Virus record (IMG/VR): IMGVR_UViG_3300025674_007777
Coordinates: 1-64,000 of that record
Reading direction: 5' to 3' (one strand)
Origin: a virus
Length of the DNA: 64,000 nucleotides
Position numbers and translations under genes: made by a program. Shown here piece after piece: positions 1-8,361 of the stretch (position 1 is the stretch's first letter; every line of letters starts with the position of its first letter). The notes under the pieces were generated by a model, which had not been told where the DNA came from, searched no databases, and worked only from the letters and a program-made list of their open reading frames with translations.

Positions 1-1381
1 TAAAATCCTGGCCTGATAATGGATATACCTGTTTGATATCTGCAGTAGCAATTGCTGGTAATGTCAAATTGTTATCAATCACCCATGACCGGTTTGAACT
101 ATCAAACCATACCAAAGTGCTTTCTCCTTGCACTACTCCTGTATATCTCGGAGCTCCGTTGAACTCAGCCCCACGTGTCAGATTCCCGAAATTCAATTTA
201 GAGTTGGTGCTACCACTGATGTAACTCATGGTTGATGGAAACCTAGATGTTTCCGGCGCTGTTCTGTTAGTCTGGCCTGCGAATATCGTTCCCAGATTTT
301 CTGCTTCTGCTGTTTCATTTTGCTGAACAAATCGACTAGCACTTGCATTTAATTGTGTCGGAACAGTACTACCACCATAAGCAGTTATCACAGATTTAAG
401 ATCTCGTTTTGCTATACGGTTCTGAGTCATCACAGTTGTCACACCATAATTTTTGTCTATGTCGGTATCATTCACAACTTCTCTGACTCGATCAAGTGAT
501 ACTTGCAAAGCCGGTTCAATGGTATTATAGTAATTCAGGTTACCTGGTCTCCCGCTGTAACCTAATAATCTCACTATGTTCTGTCTGATGCCTCTACCTA
601 ATGTACTGCCAGCACCGAATGAATCCCAATTCACTCCACTGCCAGGTCTTAACTGAGTCTTATAATTATCAGCTTGGCCAGCTAAACTTTTGTAGAATGC
701 TTCTTTACCTGATTTTAATGTCTCACCAGAGAACTGTTGATTAACTTGCTCTCCCGTAACTTCAGCTGAGGATTCCAGGAATGATGCAAATCCTGTCACT
801 TTCAGAAAATTGGCATCTGTCTCAGCCAATGTGATGAAGTTCTCTGTTTTCACTCGATCATGTACACTTGAATCAATGTCAATACCATATATCTCTCTGG
901 CCAAATCGAATACTGCAGTGGTGGCTACAGCTTCTGTGTTACCAAGATCCATCACTTCTTTGATGGCAGTTGTGATAGGAGATATAACTGTGGAACCTAC
1001 TGGCGCTTTCAATACACCTGTAAATGCAACGCCTGTCACTGTGTCTGTTCCTCCTTCAATTGTAATATCACCAGCTGGGACAAAATCCAAAGTGAAAGCT
1101 CCAACACCATTTGTTGTTGTCGATACAACAAAATTACCATTGGAATCAAATACTTTAACTGTGGCCCCTGATATTGGGCCATCAATACCTTGACCTACGA
1201 ATACAGAGTTGCTGGTAGCGGATGCTCCGTATAGAGCAGGTTGAGATGTTGCCATCCAACGGTCATAGTAAAACTGCTCTTTCAGATATTTCTGACGAGC
1301 TTCTTCAATGGTAATTCTGGTGTTATCTGATCTCCTAAGGAACTGTTGCCAAGTCCCTGGATGGCCAACGTGTTTATGCAT
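1..1381 (-). CDS. Probable virion/adhesin-like protein, 3'-truncated by the window edge (missing from the ORF track)
   Basis: Manual translation from ATG at 1381 (MHKHVGHPGTWQQFLRRSDN...GQGIDGPISGATVKVFD...SPITT...) stays open to base 1; preceded by the ATATTTATA motif at 1395-1403. Confidence 0.7.
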   Translation of the reverse strand, partial: MHKHVGHPGTWQQFLRRSDNTRITIEEARQKYLKEQFYYDRWMATSQPALYGASATSNSVFVGQGIDGPISGATVKVFDSNGNFVVSTTTNGVGAFTLDFVPAGDITIEGGTDTVTGVAFTGVLKAPVGSTVISPITTAIKEVMDLGNTEAVATTAVFDLAREIYGIDIDSSVHDRVKTENFITLAETDANFLKVTGFASFLESSAEVTGEQVNQQFSGETLKSGKEAFYKSLAGQADNYKTQLRPGSGVNWDSFGAGSTLGRGIRQNIVRLLGYSGRPGNLNYYNTIEPALQVSLDRVREVVNDTDIDKNYGVTTVMTQNRIAKRDLKSVITAYGGSTVPTQLNASASRFVQQNETAEAENLGTIFAGQTNRTAPETSRFPSTMSYISGSTNSKLNFGNLTRGAEFNGAPRYTGVVQGESTLVWFDSSNRSWVIDNNLTLPAIATADIKQVYPLSGQDF

Positions 1382-1394
1382 GACTACTTTTTCG

Positions 1395-1403
1395 TATAAA
1401 TAT
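1395..1403 (-). promoter_or_regulatory. Putative late-promoter motif ATATTTATA
   Basis: Recurring intergenic 9-mer, 13 nt upstream of the ATG at 1381. Confidence 0.55.
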
Positions 1404-1406
1404 GGA

Positions 1407-2090
1407 TTACTGCACTGAATACCTTTTGCGATTCAGTACCAAATTGATGGTATCTGAATACAAAGTGTCAGCGTCCAGATCTATCACATCATTGGGATTG
1501 AACTGAGCACCCATGAATCTCATTTCAAAGTGTAGGTGAGGTCCTAATGAGTTACCTGTACTTCCAATGATGCCTATAGGATCGCCACATTGTACAGTGT
1601 CTCCATCTTCTGCCAACAGCTCTCTGAAGTGAGCATAGTATGTCTCAATGCCATTAAAATGTCTGATGATGACCAGGTTACCATAACCTCCATTGTATCC
1701 ATACTTGGACCAACGAATCACTCCATCGAACATGCTCACAGCAGTGTCTCTGTTGTTATATCCAATGTCCAATGCACCGTGCCATCCCTGGCGACGATAT
1801 CCGTAGCCACTTGTAAGTTTTCCTCCTACCGGGAATGTGTACTCTCCTGTGTCCAACACAAGCACAAGCTGTGCCGAATCTGGATAGCCATGGAATGGTT
1901 TGAAATGCATGTAACTCAGATCACCGCCTTCATACAGTGTGTCTGCTTTCAGTGTGTCAGGTAATGGTAAAACTGTATCTTGAATCTGAATTGGAATCAG
2001 TTCTGGTACTGGATATCGTTGTGTGAATGTACCTTGCATGAACATAAATGCAATGGCCAGTAGTAACATTGATAAATAATACTTCTTCAT
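1407..2090 (-). CDS. M23 (LytM-type) metallopeptidase with N-terminal signal/TM segment
   Basis: HxxxD (HGALD), GYGNLV, YAH, GSTGNSLGPHLHFE (HxH) motifs. Confidence 0.92.
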   Translation of the reverse strand: MKKYYLSMLLLAIAFMFMQGTFTQRYPVPELIPIQIQDTVLPLPDTLKADTLYEGGDLSYMHFKPFHGYPDSAQLVLVLDTGEYTFPVGGKLTSGYGYRRQGWHGALDIGYNNRDTAVSMFDGVIRWSKYGYNGGYGNLVIIRHFNGIETYYAHFRELLAEDGDTVQCGDPIGIIGSTGNSLGPHLHFEMRFMGAQFNPNDVIDLDADTLYSDTINLVLNRKRYSVQ

Positions 2091-2146
2091 GATGATATGT
2101 TTTTTGGTTAATGAATCGGCCAGAATAGGCCTGATATATGATTTAA

Positions 2147-2155
2147 TATAAATAT
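2147..2155 (-). promoter_or_regulatory. Putative late-promoter motif ATATTTATA
   Basis: Intergenic, upstream of the M23 peptidase. Confidence 0.5.
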
Positions 2156-2158
2156 GTA

Positions 2159-2818
2159 TCAGACCGATTCAACCTTCATATTTTTCAATGGTTCGTGCCA
2201 TTTTTCAATGAACCAACCTATCATTACAGAGAAACCTTTGCCATCTGACCAATCACATCCAGTATCTTCAAGCTCCACACCATCATAGAACATTTTTTCT
2301 ATGAAGTCACCAAATTCAGTCTCGAGAATACCTATGGTCAATTTCTTAGCATCAAACTCTCCATCTAGCTCTAGCTCCCAGTTGTTCAACCATCCTTTCT
2401 CATGACTCATGCATGCCAGTACTGGTTGAAAATCTTCTTTGGTCAGGCCTGTTGGTAAATTTTTCCAATCTGGCTCTTCAGTAACAATATATCCGCCTTC
2501 TCTGCTCCATTCTGTCTCCACAACATCGATCTTGATCTGATCTTCAGTCTCATCGTCTATTACAAATATTGGTCCATCAGCATGTGATCCATAGTGATGC
2601 AATATGTCATCTATATCGTGCCAATACATGTTCTCACCTTCATACATCACAGGGCCTTTCTCACCGCCTTCATGTTCCCAATCTGCACTGAACAGATAAT
2701 TTTCCAATTCCGAATCACTTCGACTATACCAATAGTTTCTGAATGATTCAGATATCTTACCTATAACTAACTCTCCGCCGTAGGCACTGCCTCGAATATT
2801 GTATTTTGTTTTAGCCAT
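2159..2818 (-). CDS. Hypothetical acidic protein
   Basis: Start MAKTKY at 2818 overlaps the upstream stop (TAATG coupling). Confidence 0.65.
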   Translation of the reverse strand: MAKTKYNIRGSAYGGELVIGKISESFRNYWYSRSDSELENYLFSADWEHEGGEKGPVMYEGENMYWHDIDDILHHYGSHADGPIFVIDDETEDQIKIDVVETEWSREGGYIVTEEPDWKNLPTGLTKEDFQPVLACMSHEKGWLNNWELELDGEFDAKKLTIGILETEFGDFIEKMFYDGVELEDTGCDWSDGKGFSVMIGWFIEKWHEPLKNMKVESV

Positions 2819-3228
2819 TATATGTAAATGTTTGTATCTTGATGAATTAATATCCAATCAGGTCTCTTCTTGACCTCATTGAGTTTTCTCATTCGCAGAG
2901 TAGGATGTGGTGGAGTGACCAATCTGGTACAGTCCGAAAAAAGACCATCACCCTCATATAAACCATAATGATATCCTATCTGCACATTCTTCCATTCTAT
3001 TTTACCAGAACTATCAATTTTCCATGGTAACCAGGTCCACTCCATATCCTTGTCCCATAATATGATTGTCCCAGGCTCCAATTCAACTTCTTTCTTTGGA
3101 AATGGGAGCTGAGTAAAGTATTCGTGAATTGAATTATGATCACAATATGTCGGTTCCAAGCCTAAACGCTTCAGAGCATATGTCAGACACGTATCAGTTT
3201 TAGTTAATTTTACTTGTGCTAGTCCCAT
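2818..3228 (-). CDS. Hypothetical protein, possible papain-fold (NlpC/P60-like) Cys-His hydrolase
   Basis: DTCLTYAL...PGTIILW...HYGLY pattern resembles a Cys/His dyad; weak. Confidence 0.45.
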   Translation of the reverse strand: MGLAQVKLTKTDTCLTYALKRLGLEPTYCDHNSIHEYFTQLPFPKKEVELEPGTIILWDKDMEWTWLPWKIDSSGKIEWKNVQIGYHYGLYEGDGLFSDCTRLVTPPHPTLRMRKLNEVKKRPDWILIHQDTNIYI

Positions 3229-3235
3229 GATAATA

Positions 3236-3532
3236 TTATCTTGTTAAATAAGAATACCTTACTCTGAATACTTTCCAGTCTGCCCAATATTCTCGATCCA
3301 CGAAATATACTTTGTAATCAGCTTGATATGCATAATCACACCAATACCAATGATGTTTTTCTTCATCAGCTTCATATCGATAATCAGTAACCCAATATTT
3401 GATATCAGCTTCCCAATGGTAATCTACTTCGTATAACAGAATATCAGCTTGATATGGATAATCTACTTCATACATCAGTTGTGAAAAGCTAACGCTTGGT
3501 ATAAACAGTAAAGCAAGTAAAATTTTTTTCAT
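3236..3532 (-). CDS. Secreted repeat protein (DUF6150-like, Bacteroidota type)
   Basis: Signal peptide followed by about five (Y/W)xVDYxYxAD repeats. Confidence 0.65.
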   Translation of the reverse strand: MKKILLALLFIPSVSFSQLMYEVDYPYQADILLYEVDYHWEADIKYWVTDYRYEADEEKHHWYWCDYAYQADYKVYFVDREYWADWKVFRVRYSYLTR

Positions 3533-3546
3533 TTCAATATTTTTAG

Positions 3547-3620
3547 TACTCCCGGTAGGGCACGATCCTACAACCTACTGCTTAGAAGGCAGTTGCTCTA
3601 TCCAATTGAGCTACGGGAGC
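3547..3620 (-). tRNA. tRNA-Arg (anticodon UCU), CCA not encoded
   Basis: Minus strand GCTCCCG-TA-GCTCAATTGGATAGAGC-A-ACTGC-CT-TCT-AA-GCAGT-AGGTT-GTAGG-ATCGTGC-CCTAC-CGGGAGT-A folds into a full cloverleaf. Confidence 0.93.
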
Positions 3621-3626
3621 ATATTA

Positions 3627-3869
3627 TTATTCTATGGCACCATTTTCATCATAATGATCATAGATTATTTTCTGATACATGTCATCTTCATCTAAAGCAG
3701 TCCAACCATCATCTGTCAATACAAGTAGGTCACAATGCTTAGGAGATTCTGCAATTCTGAATTTCAAAGTCTTACCATCTGTGAACTGAAGTTCATATTG
3801 CCTAGTAGTTTCCCACCAAACCTCTTTGCTGTCAAGTACTTCAAAATTTAACTTATCGTTTACCTCCAT
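3627..3869 (-). CDS. Hypothetical protein
   Basis: ORF in the gene-dense minus-strand run; start uncertain. Confidence 0.55.
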   Translation of the reverse strand: MEVNDKLNFEVLDSKEVWWETTRQYELQFTDGKTLKFRIAESPKHCDLLVLTDDGWTALDEDDMYQKIIYDHYDENGAIE

Positions 3870-4203
3870 AATATTTTTTTGCATGACCTTCCGTGATCAA
3901 CATTTCATTGATGCTCCAACCATCTTTCTGTAGAAACAGTTCGCCTAAACATCTGCCATATTTGCCTACACCATGAGAAACCAAAACAAATTTGTTATCA
4001 TTTGATTCCAGTTTATCAATCAGATACTGTTTAGCTGCCAATCCCTTCTTTTTCTCATCAAGATCTCTGGTTCTAGATTCCCATGCGTCCAAACCATATA
4101 ATCTGATACGAACTTTTTTCCAGGTATCAAATCCTAGATCCACTAGAGCATCGACCGTGTCACCGTCTACCACTCTGTCTACTGTTGCATTGTATGTGTA
4201 CAT
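3853..4203 (-). CDS. Thermonuclease (SNase-like) family nuclease
   Basis: RVVDGDTVD, RIRLYGLDAWE, KYGRCLG motifs. Confidence 0.9.
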   Translation of the reverse strand: MYTYNATVDRVVDGDTVDALVDLGFDTWKKVRIRLYGLDAWESRTRDLDEKKKGLAAKQYLIDKLESNDNKFVLVSHGVGKYGRCLGELFLQKDGWSINEMLITEGHAKKYYGGKR

Positions 4204-4204
4204 A

Positions 4205-4621
4205 TTAAAATTTTATATAAGTTAAATTTCTCAACCTATAAATATTCTTGTATCGGTCCCATTCTGGTATATATTCTATGCAAATATTCAACATACCTTC
4301 ATCATAGAAAACATATATGCGATTGTCTGATAATGATGCATTTATATATGAATAAACATCAGCATTCATATCTTTATTATATTCGATGAAATGTACCCGT
4401 AGTTCGTGAGCGACATGCGTTACATGATCATAAATTACAATGTAATTTTCAAGAAATGAAATTTCTAGATCTACTACTCTTGTTTCTTCTATAACATAAT
4501 ATTCATCTGAATATTTTACTGGGTCTAGGATTTCCATTGTCTTACAAGTGAAATCAAAACCTGTTAGTGATTGGGAAACTGCTACTAACGGAGCAAATAA
4601 TAATAAAAATAGTAAACGCAT
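4205..4621 (-). CDS. Hypothetical secreted protein
   Basis: Signal peptide MRLLFLLLFAPLVAVSQ (Bacteroidota-style Q after cleavage site). Confidence 0.6.
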   Translation of the reverse strand: MRLLFLLLFAPLVAVSQSLTGFDFTCKTMEILDPVKYSDEYYVIEETRVVDLEISFLENYIVIYDHVTHVAHELRVHFIEYNKDMNADVYSYINASLSDNRIYVFYDEGMLNICIEYIPEWDRYKNIYRLRNLTYIKF

Positions 4622-4630
4622 TATAATAAT

Positions 4631-5062
4631 TTAGTGGTAATAAGCTAATAAATCAAGTTCTTTTTTTACTTTATGCCAATAGCATTTAGTATTATGATGA
4701 CTACTACCAGATGGTCCTCCATTCCAGCATCGAGCTATTGTCTCCCAGTCTGAATCAGAATGATAGTATTCTCTCCAGATATGAAACATTTCAATTGATT
4801 TTTTTACACTATATCGGTCAGTATACCCGTAACGAACATCGCTACCATCTTTTTCTAGGATACGATTTACTTCTCTAACCATAATAGGCCATATTTGTAA
4901 TACTCCAATAGCCCAACCTCGATCTCCTACTGCTGTAGAGTCACCTCTTGATTCAACTTGGATTAATGCTTCAACTAAAAAGTCAATAGGCATATCTTCA
5001 TACTGTGCTTGGGCATTATTGATAAACAGGGTTGCAGTAAATAATAGTAACAGTTTCTTCAT
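4631..5062 (-). CDS. Lysozyme-fold muramidase/lytic transglycosylase (destabilase/i-type-like) with signal peptide
   Basis: ALIQVES (catalytic Glu), GVLQI, ARCWNGGP motifs; N-terminal signal peptide. Confidence 0.8.
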   Translation of the reverse strand: MKKLLLLFTATLFINNAQAQYEDMPIDFLVEALIQVESRGDSTAVGDRGWAIGVLQIWPIMVREVNRILEKDGSDVRYGYTDRYSVKKSIEMFHIWREYYHSDSDWETIARCWNGGPSGSSHHNTKCYWHKVKKELDLLAYYH

Positions 5063-5078
5063 AACATTAATTTATACT

Positions 5079-5109
5079 TAAATATAAGAAATAAAATGCA
5101 ATGATCAAA
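5079..5109 (-). promoter_or_regulatory. Bacteroidota-type sigma-A promoter
   Basis: Minus strand TTTG-N19-TATATTTA. Confidence 0.7.
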
Positions 5110-5440
5110 GAGTTTTTCGAAGTTTTTTTATATCAGCTTTCAGCTTTTTCAATTCTTTGATCTGATCGCCGGTATGTAAGTTTCTTACTGTCATTACTAC
5201 TTTACATAACATAGTAGACACAATTGATAATCCAATCCCTATTGCAAACTCTTTCAAGTTGCTAGCTCTGGAAGCTACTACTAAAACATAACTCCCAGCT
5301 GCTACCAAATTGAAAAACATTGCTCCTCCTATGAAAAGAAACACTGCCCGGGCATCATGTCTGAATGACATCATGGTCAAAGTGATATTGACCGGTAATA
5401 TGATCAATGCCAAGCAAAGACCTAACAATAAACTATTCAT
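5105..5440 (-). CDS. Three-TM membrane protein with basic C-terminus
   Basis: Three hydrophobic segments, Lys-rich tail. Confidence 0.6.
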   Translation of the reverse strand: MNSLLLGLCLALIILPVNITLTMMSFRHDARAVFLFIGGAMFFNLVAAGSYVLVVASRASNLKEFAIGIGLSIVSTMLCKVVMTVRNLHTGDQIKELKKLKADIKKLRKTL

Positions 5441-5832
5441 TAATCTAAATTAGGGTGTTTTGTATCATATAGATCCTGCAACGCCTTTACTCTGATACAT
5501 TCTTCGTAATTTTCAATGTCTTCATAAAATTCCAATGATTCCTGTAAACATGTAGGCCATTCTGACAATTCAATCCAGACATCCAGATCTTCATTGCTCT
5601 CCTGATGTATGAGTATTGCTAATAGGATATCTTCTACCATGTTGTTGTTCAGATAATCTTCAATCATGGCAACCATTTTAGTATATACATCTGATTTAAA
5701 ATCTGCAAACGCCTGTTCAATCAGCGTGTCCATATCGCCATAGTCCAGTTCCAGGTCACTGATATCCAATATCAATGGATCTAATGGTCCACCGTAATTT
5801 GGCTCATCAAATTGTGAGTTTAGTTCTTCCAC
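5440..5832 (-). CDS. Hypothetical acidic protein with C-terminal UVR-like motif
   Basis: FYEDIENYEECIRVK resembles the UvrB/UvrC (E-x-Y-E-x-A/C) coiled-coil motif. Confidence 0.5.
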   Translation of the reverse strand: MEELNSQFDEPNYGGPLDPLILDISDLELDYGDMDTLIEQAFADFKSDVYTKMVAMIEDYLNNNMVEDILLAILIHQESNEDLDVWIELSEWPTCLQESLEFYEDIENYEECIRVKALQDLYDTKHPNLD

Positions 5833-6334
5833 CGCACGGATTGTTTACTTCTAAATAATAACAGTTCAAACATAAGAATCTTAAGTTCTCTCTGCGATGA
5901 TTGGTAGTATCTCCATCTATCCAATCCAACATCAACGGAACTGTGTAATCAGTTACCCGTCGCTCATCAAAACCACATCGACTGCATTTTTCTTCAAACA
6001 GGCCACTCTTCAGTAGTCTATGTTTGAGTTTATGTTTGTCGTACTTAGGATGTTTGCCATCCAGGATATCATTCAGACCATATTGACCGGTGAATCTGTT
6101 TTTTGGCATTGTCCTTTTAATGCCTTTGCCTTGTTGATTTTTATGCAATTCAAACAGTGATTTACCTGTAGCCTCATCTTTGTACATTGTGGCATATTTG
6201 CGAAATGTCTCATATGACACTCGCAGGAATCTAGCAGCAGATGCAGCTGACTTTGTGTTCTCCATGGCATATCTGATTTCACTTTCTGATATGTCCATCG
6301 AAGGTCGGCCTTCTCCGAATCCAAAACCTGACAT
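5807..6334 (-). CDS. HTH plus degenerate HNH-fold zinc-binding protein
   Basis: N-terminal SAASAARFLRVSYETFRKY helix-turn-helix; CSRCG...LDWIDGD..N..ENLRFLCLNCY. Confidence 0.75.
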   Translation of the reverse strand: MSGFGFGEGRPSMDISESEIRYAMENTKSAASAARFLRVSYETFRKYATMYKDEATGKSLFELHKNQQGKGIKRTMPKNRFTGQYGLNDILDGKHPKYDKHKLKHRLLKSGLFEEKCSRCGFDERRVTDYTVPLMLDWIDGDTTNHRRENLRFLCLNCYYLEVNNPCGGRTKLTI

Positions 6335-6335
6335 A

Positions 6336-6494
6336 TTATCCGTTTAACAATTTTCGATTGGCATCACCTTCTTTTGACGACTCCTGCAATTGTATGAATT
6401 CTTGTTTCTCAGAATGATTCAATGATCTGAACCAGGCTTCAAAATCGCCGCCATTCAAGTTGATATATTCTTGCCAAAGATCTCGTTTACTCAT
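6336..6494 (-). CDS. Small hypothetical protein
   Basis: Likely start MSKRDLW at 6494, overlapping the end of the upstream gene. Confidence 0.5.
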   Translation of the reverse strand: MSKRDLWQEYINLNGGDFEAWFRSLNHSEKQEFIQLQESSKEGDANRKLLNG

Positions 6495-6834
6495 AAACTT
6501 CTGCTCCGTTTTCGTTATCCTCAAATACTGAAACATATGTACATCCAAACTGTTTACATATCTCACGTGCTAACATTTCACAGCTCATTGCACCAAACTC
6601 ATGTGTTCTGGAGTTTTCATCATAATACTTTGCACGAAGATATTCTTCAATGTCTCGTTTGAACATGATAAACTCCACATCACGATCATCATGATATACT
6701 CGCTTCTTTGCAGTGATGTGCCAAATATGACGATGCATATTGCTCAGAAAACCTACTTCAGGAAAATGTGCCTGGGCATCTGGCCAATTATGCATACCAT
6801 CCAATTGTAATGTTGCTATAACGTTTGTTCTCAT
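6487..6834 (-). CDS. QueD-like T-fold protein, DpdL-like (candidate 7-carboxy-7-deazaguanine decarboxylase)
   Basis: GMHNWPDA...FLSNMHRHIWH...HDDRDVEF...SCEMLA...VSVFEDNENGA; LxxxHRHx(F/W) matches the DpdL signature as I recall it. Confidence 0.65.
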   Translation of the reverse strand: MRTNVIATLQLDGMHNWPDAQAHFPEVGFLSNMHRHIWHITAKKRVYHDDRDVEFIMFKRDIEEYLRAKYYDENSRTHEFGAMSCEMLAREICKQFGCTYVSVFEDNENGAEVYE

Positions 6835-6838
6835 TGTA

Positions 6839-6870
6839 TTAATATAAGATAAATTTTTCAAATAATCAAA
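6839..6870 (-). promoter_or_regulatory. Bacteroidota-type sigma-A promoter
   Basis: TTTG-N20-TATATTAA, 4 nt upstream of the ATG at 6834. Confidence 0.7.
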
Positions 6871-7105
6871 TCAATTCCACATATAAATCTTTCTTACGCA
6901 GAGCTATGTAATAACGCATTAGTTCTGATTCAGTACCGGTCATTATGCAACTTCGGCCTTTGTAATGTGTTATCTGTGCCACTTGTTCTGCTCGAATAAC
7001 ATTGTAATCTGGAATGAGATTTGCTAAACAAAACACTACATGACGAAACGAATTGTGATTATCATCTAGCAAATATAATTTCTTTTTATTGGATCGTTTA
7101 GGCAT
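6866..7105 (-). CDS. clpS: ClpS-like N-degron adaptor
   Basis: LYLLDDNHNSFRHVV..L...AEQVAQITHYKGRS.I.TG matches the ClpS core pattern. Confidence 0.75.
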   Translation of the reverse strand: MPKRSNKKKLYLLDDNHNSFRHVVFCLANLIPDYNVIRAEQVAQITHYKGRSCIMTGTESELMRYYIALRKKDLYVELI

Positions 7106-7108
7106 GCA

Positions 7109-7336
7109 TTAAGAGTTGACATTGATTCTCTTTTCTAATATATAACCTTTGTGGTTATTTTCCAAATTTTTCATTTCATTTATTGCATCGTCGAACATTA
7201 TATGAATCGAAGCTGATATATTGTTACCATTTAGATCTTGCAGTGCTACAAGATATGATGGCTCTGCAGATGGCAAGCTTTTAACTAATATATTAAATTT
7301 GATCGAGTCTTCGTTGTAGTTCTGCACATTTTTCAT
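7109..7336 (-). CDS. Hypothetical protein
   Basis: Fills the gap between neighbours; overlaps the upstream gene, start uncertain. Confidence 0.35.
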   Translation of the reverse strand: MKNVQNYNEDSIKFNILVKSLPSAEPSYLVALQDLNGNNISASIHIMFDDAINEMKNLENNHKGYILEKRINVNS

Positions 7337-7505
7337 ATTGTTCCGTTCCCTGATAATGTTCAATCATCAGATCAAACATTTCCATTTTCTTTGCATTGTC
7401 CCAATTCATTGGCCAAAGATCTGTGTTCGTGATCAGATCATATACCTCTTCAATTGTAGCATCTGTGTAACTACTGGACAATGGTATTTTTTCTTCGTGT
7501 GACAT
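7293..7505 (-). CDS. Small protein with C-terminal UVR-like motif
   Basis: EHYQGTEQYEKCAELQRRLD. Confidence 0.55.
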   Translation of the reverse strand: MSHEEKIPLSSSYTDATIEEVYDLITNTDLWPMNWDNAKKMEMFDLMIEHYQGTEQYEKCAELQRRLDQI

Positions 7506-7526
7506 TTAACTTCTTATATACAATTA

Positions 7527-7557
7527 TAAATATAAGAATATCAGCAATCGAAACAAA
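7527..7557 (-). promoter_or_regulatory. Bacteroidota-type sigma-A promoter
   Basis: TTTG-N19-TATATTTA. Confidence 0.65.
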
Positions 7558-7569
7558 ATGTATTCGGTG

Positions 7570-8361
7570 CTATTTTTTCTTTGCCTTGGACTTTTTTACT
7601 ATGGCCCAAGATTTGGATGGTGTGGCTGCATTCACTCTGGCCATGGCCCATTGATGTTGAGACATGCCTCTACGGCTTCCTGAAGATGCCCATGCTGCCA
7701 ATCCTTTCTTATACTCTGCATAAACTGATCCTGGAGTCAATCCTCTCTTTTCAGCTTTCTTCTTCAGAGTTGCTTTGGTCTTTTTGCTGAGAGCTTCGCG
7801 TAGTTCCTGTTCAATCAATTTCGCAAATGACCCATAGGTCATGTTTTCATTTCTTGCTTTCTTTTCCATACGCTCTCTTCTGCGATATGCTCTCTGTTCC
7901 AATTCATCGGCTTGTTTAGCCTTTCCTTGCTTTCTCAGATCTTTTGCTCGTTTCAGATCCTTCTGAGTCTGATCCAGTTGTTTGTCTCTCTTACTGCCTT
8001 CTGGCGCATCATATTGTTTTGGATGTTGAACATCTTCATCCATATCGTCAAGCATCTGCCCTAATGACAATCTGGCTGCACCAGCTCCTGGCGATTTTCT
8101 TGCTTCTGAATCTATGATGTTAGCCACAACCGCAGCTGCCATTGTCGGATGTATCATGAACTCATCACTGACCTTCTTCATAAGACGTCTGAGTTGAGAC
8201 CCATATTTCTGTTTGATCTGATCTGTCTTTGTAAGTTCTGTAATAATGCGTTCAATTACAGTACTGTCATCTTCTGATCTGTCAAATGGTTTGAAGTCAG
8301 CTGTTCCTAGCTGATAATAATCAGGTTTATGTGCTCTGCTCAATTTAGAATGATAATCCAT
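7570..8361 (-). CDS. Hypothetical protein with basic C-terminal module, probably head-associated
   Basis: Start MDYHSK at 8361; C-terminal LKKKAEK.G...YKKGLAAW.SSGSR.GMSQHQWAMARVN module after LRE|A. Confidence 0.6.
   Translation of the reverse strand: MDYHSKLSRAHKPDYYQLGTADFKPFDRSEDDSTVIERIITELTKTDQIKQKYGSQLRRLMKKVSDEFMIHPTMAAAVVANIIDSEARKSPGAGAARLSLGQMLDDMDEDVQHPKQYDAPEGSKRDKQLDQTQKDLKRAKDLRKQGKAKQADELEQRAYRRRERMEKKARNENMTYGSFAKLIEQELREALSKKTKATLKKKAEKRGLTPGSVYAEYKKGLAAWASSGSRRGMSQHQWAMARVNAATPSKSWAIVKKSKAKKK

Noticed and set aside
2113-2135. Possible hairpin/terminator upstream of the M23 gene
   Set aside because: Short imperfect stem and no adjacent U-tract on the coding strand
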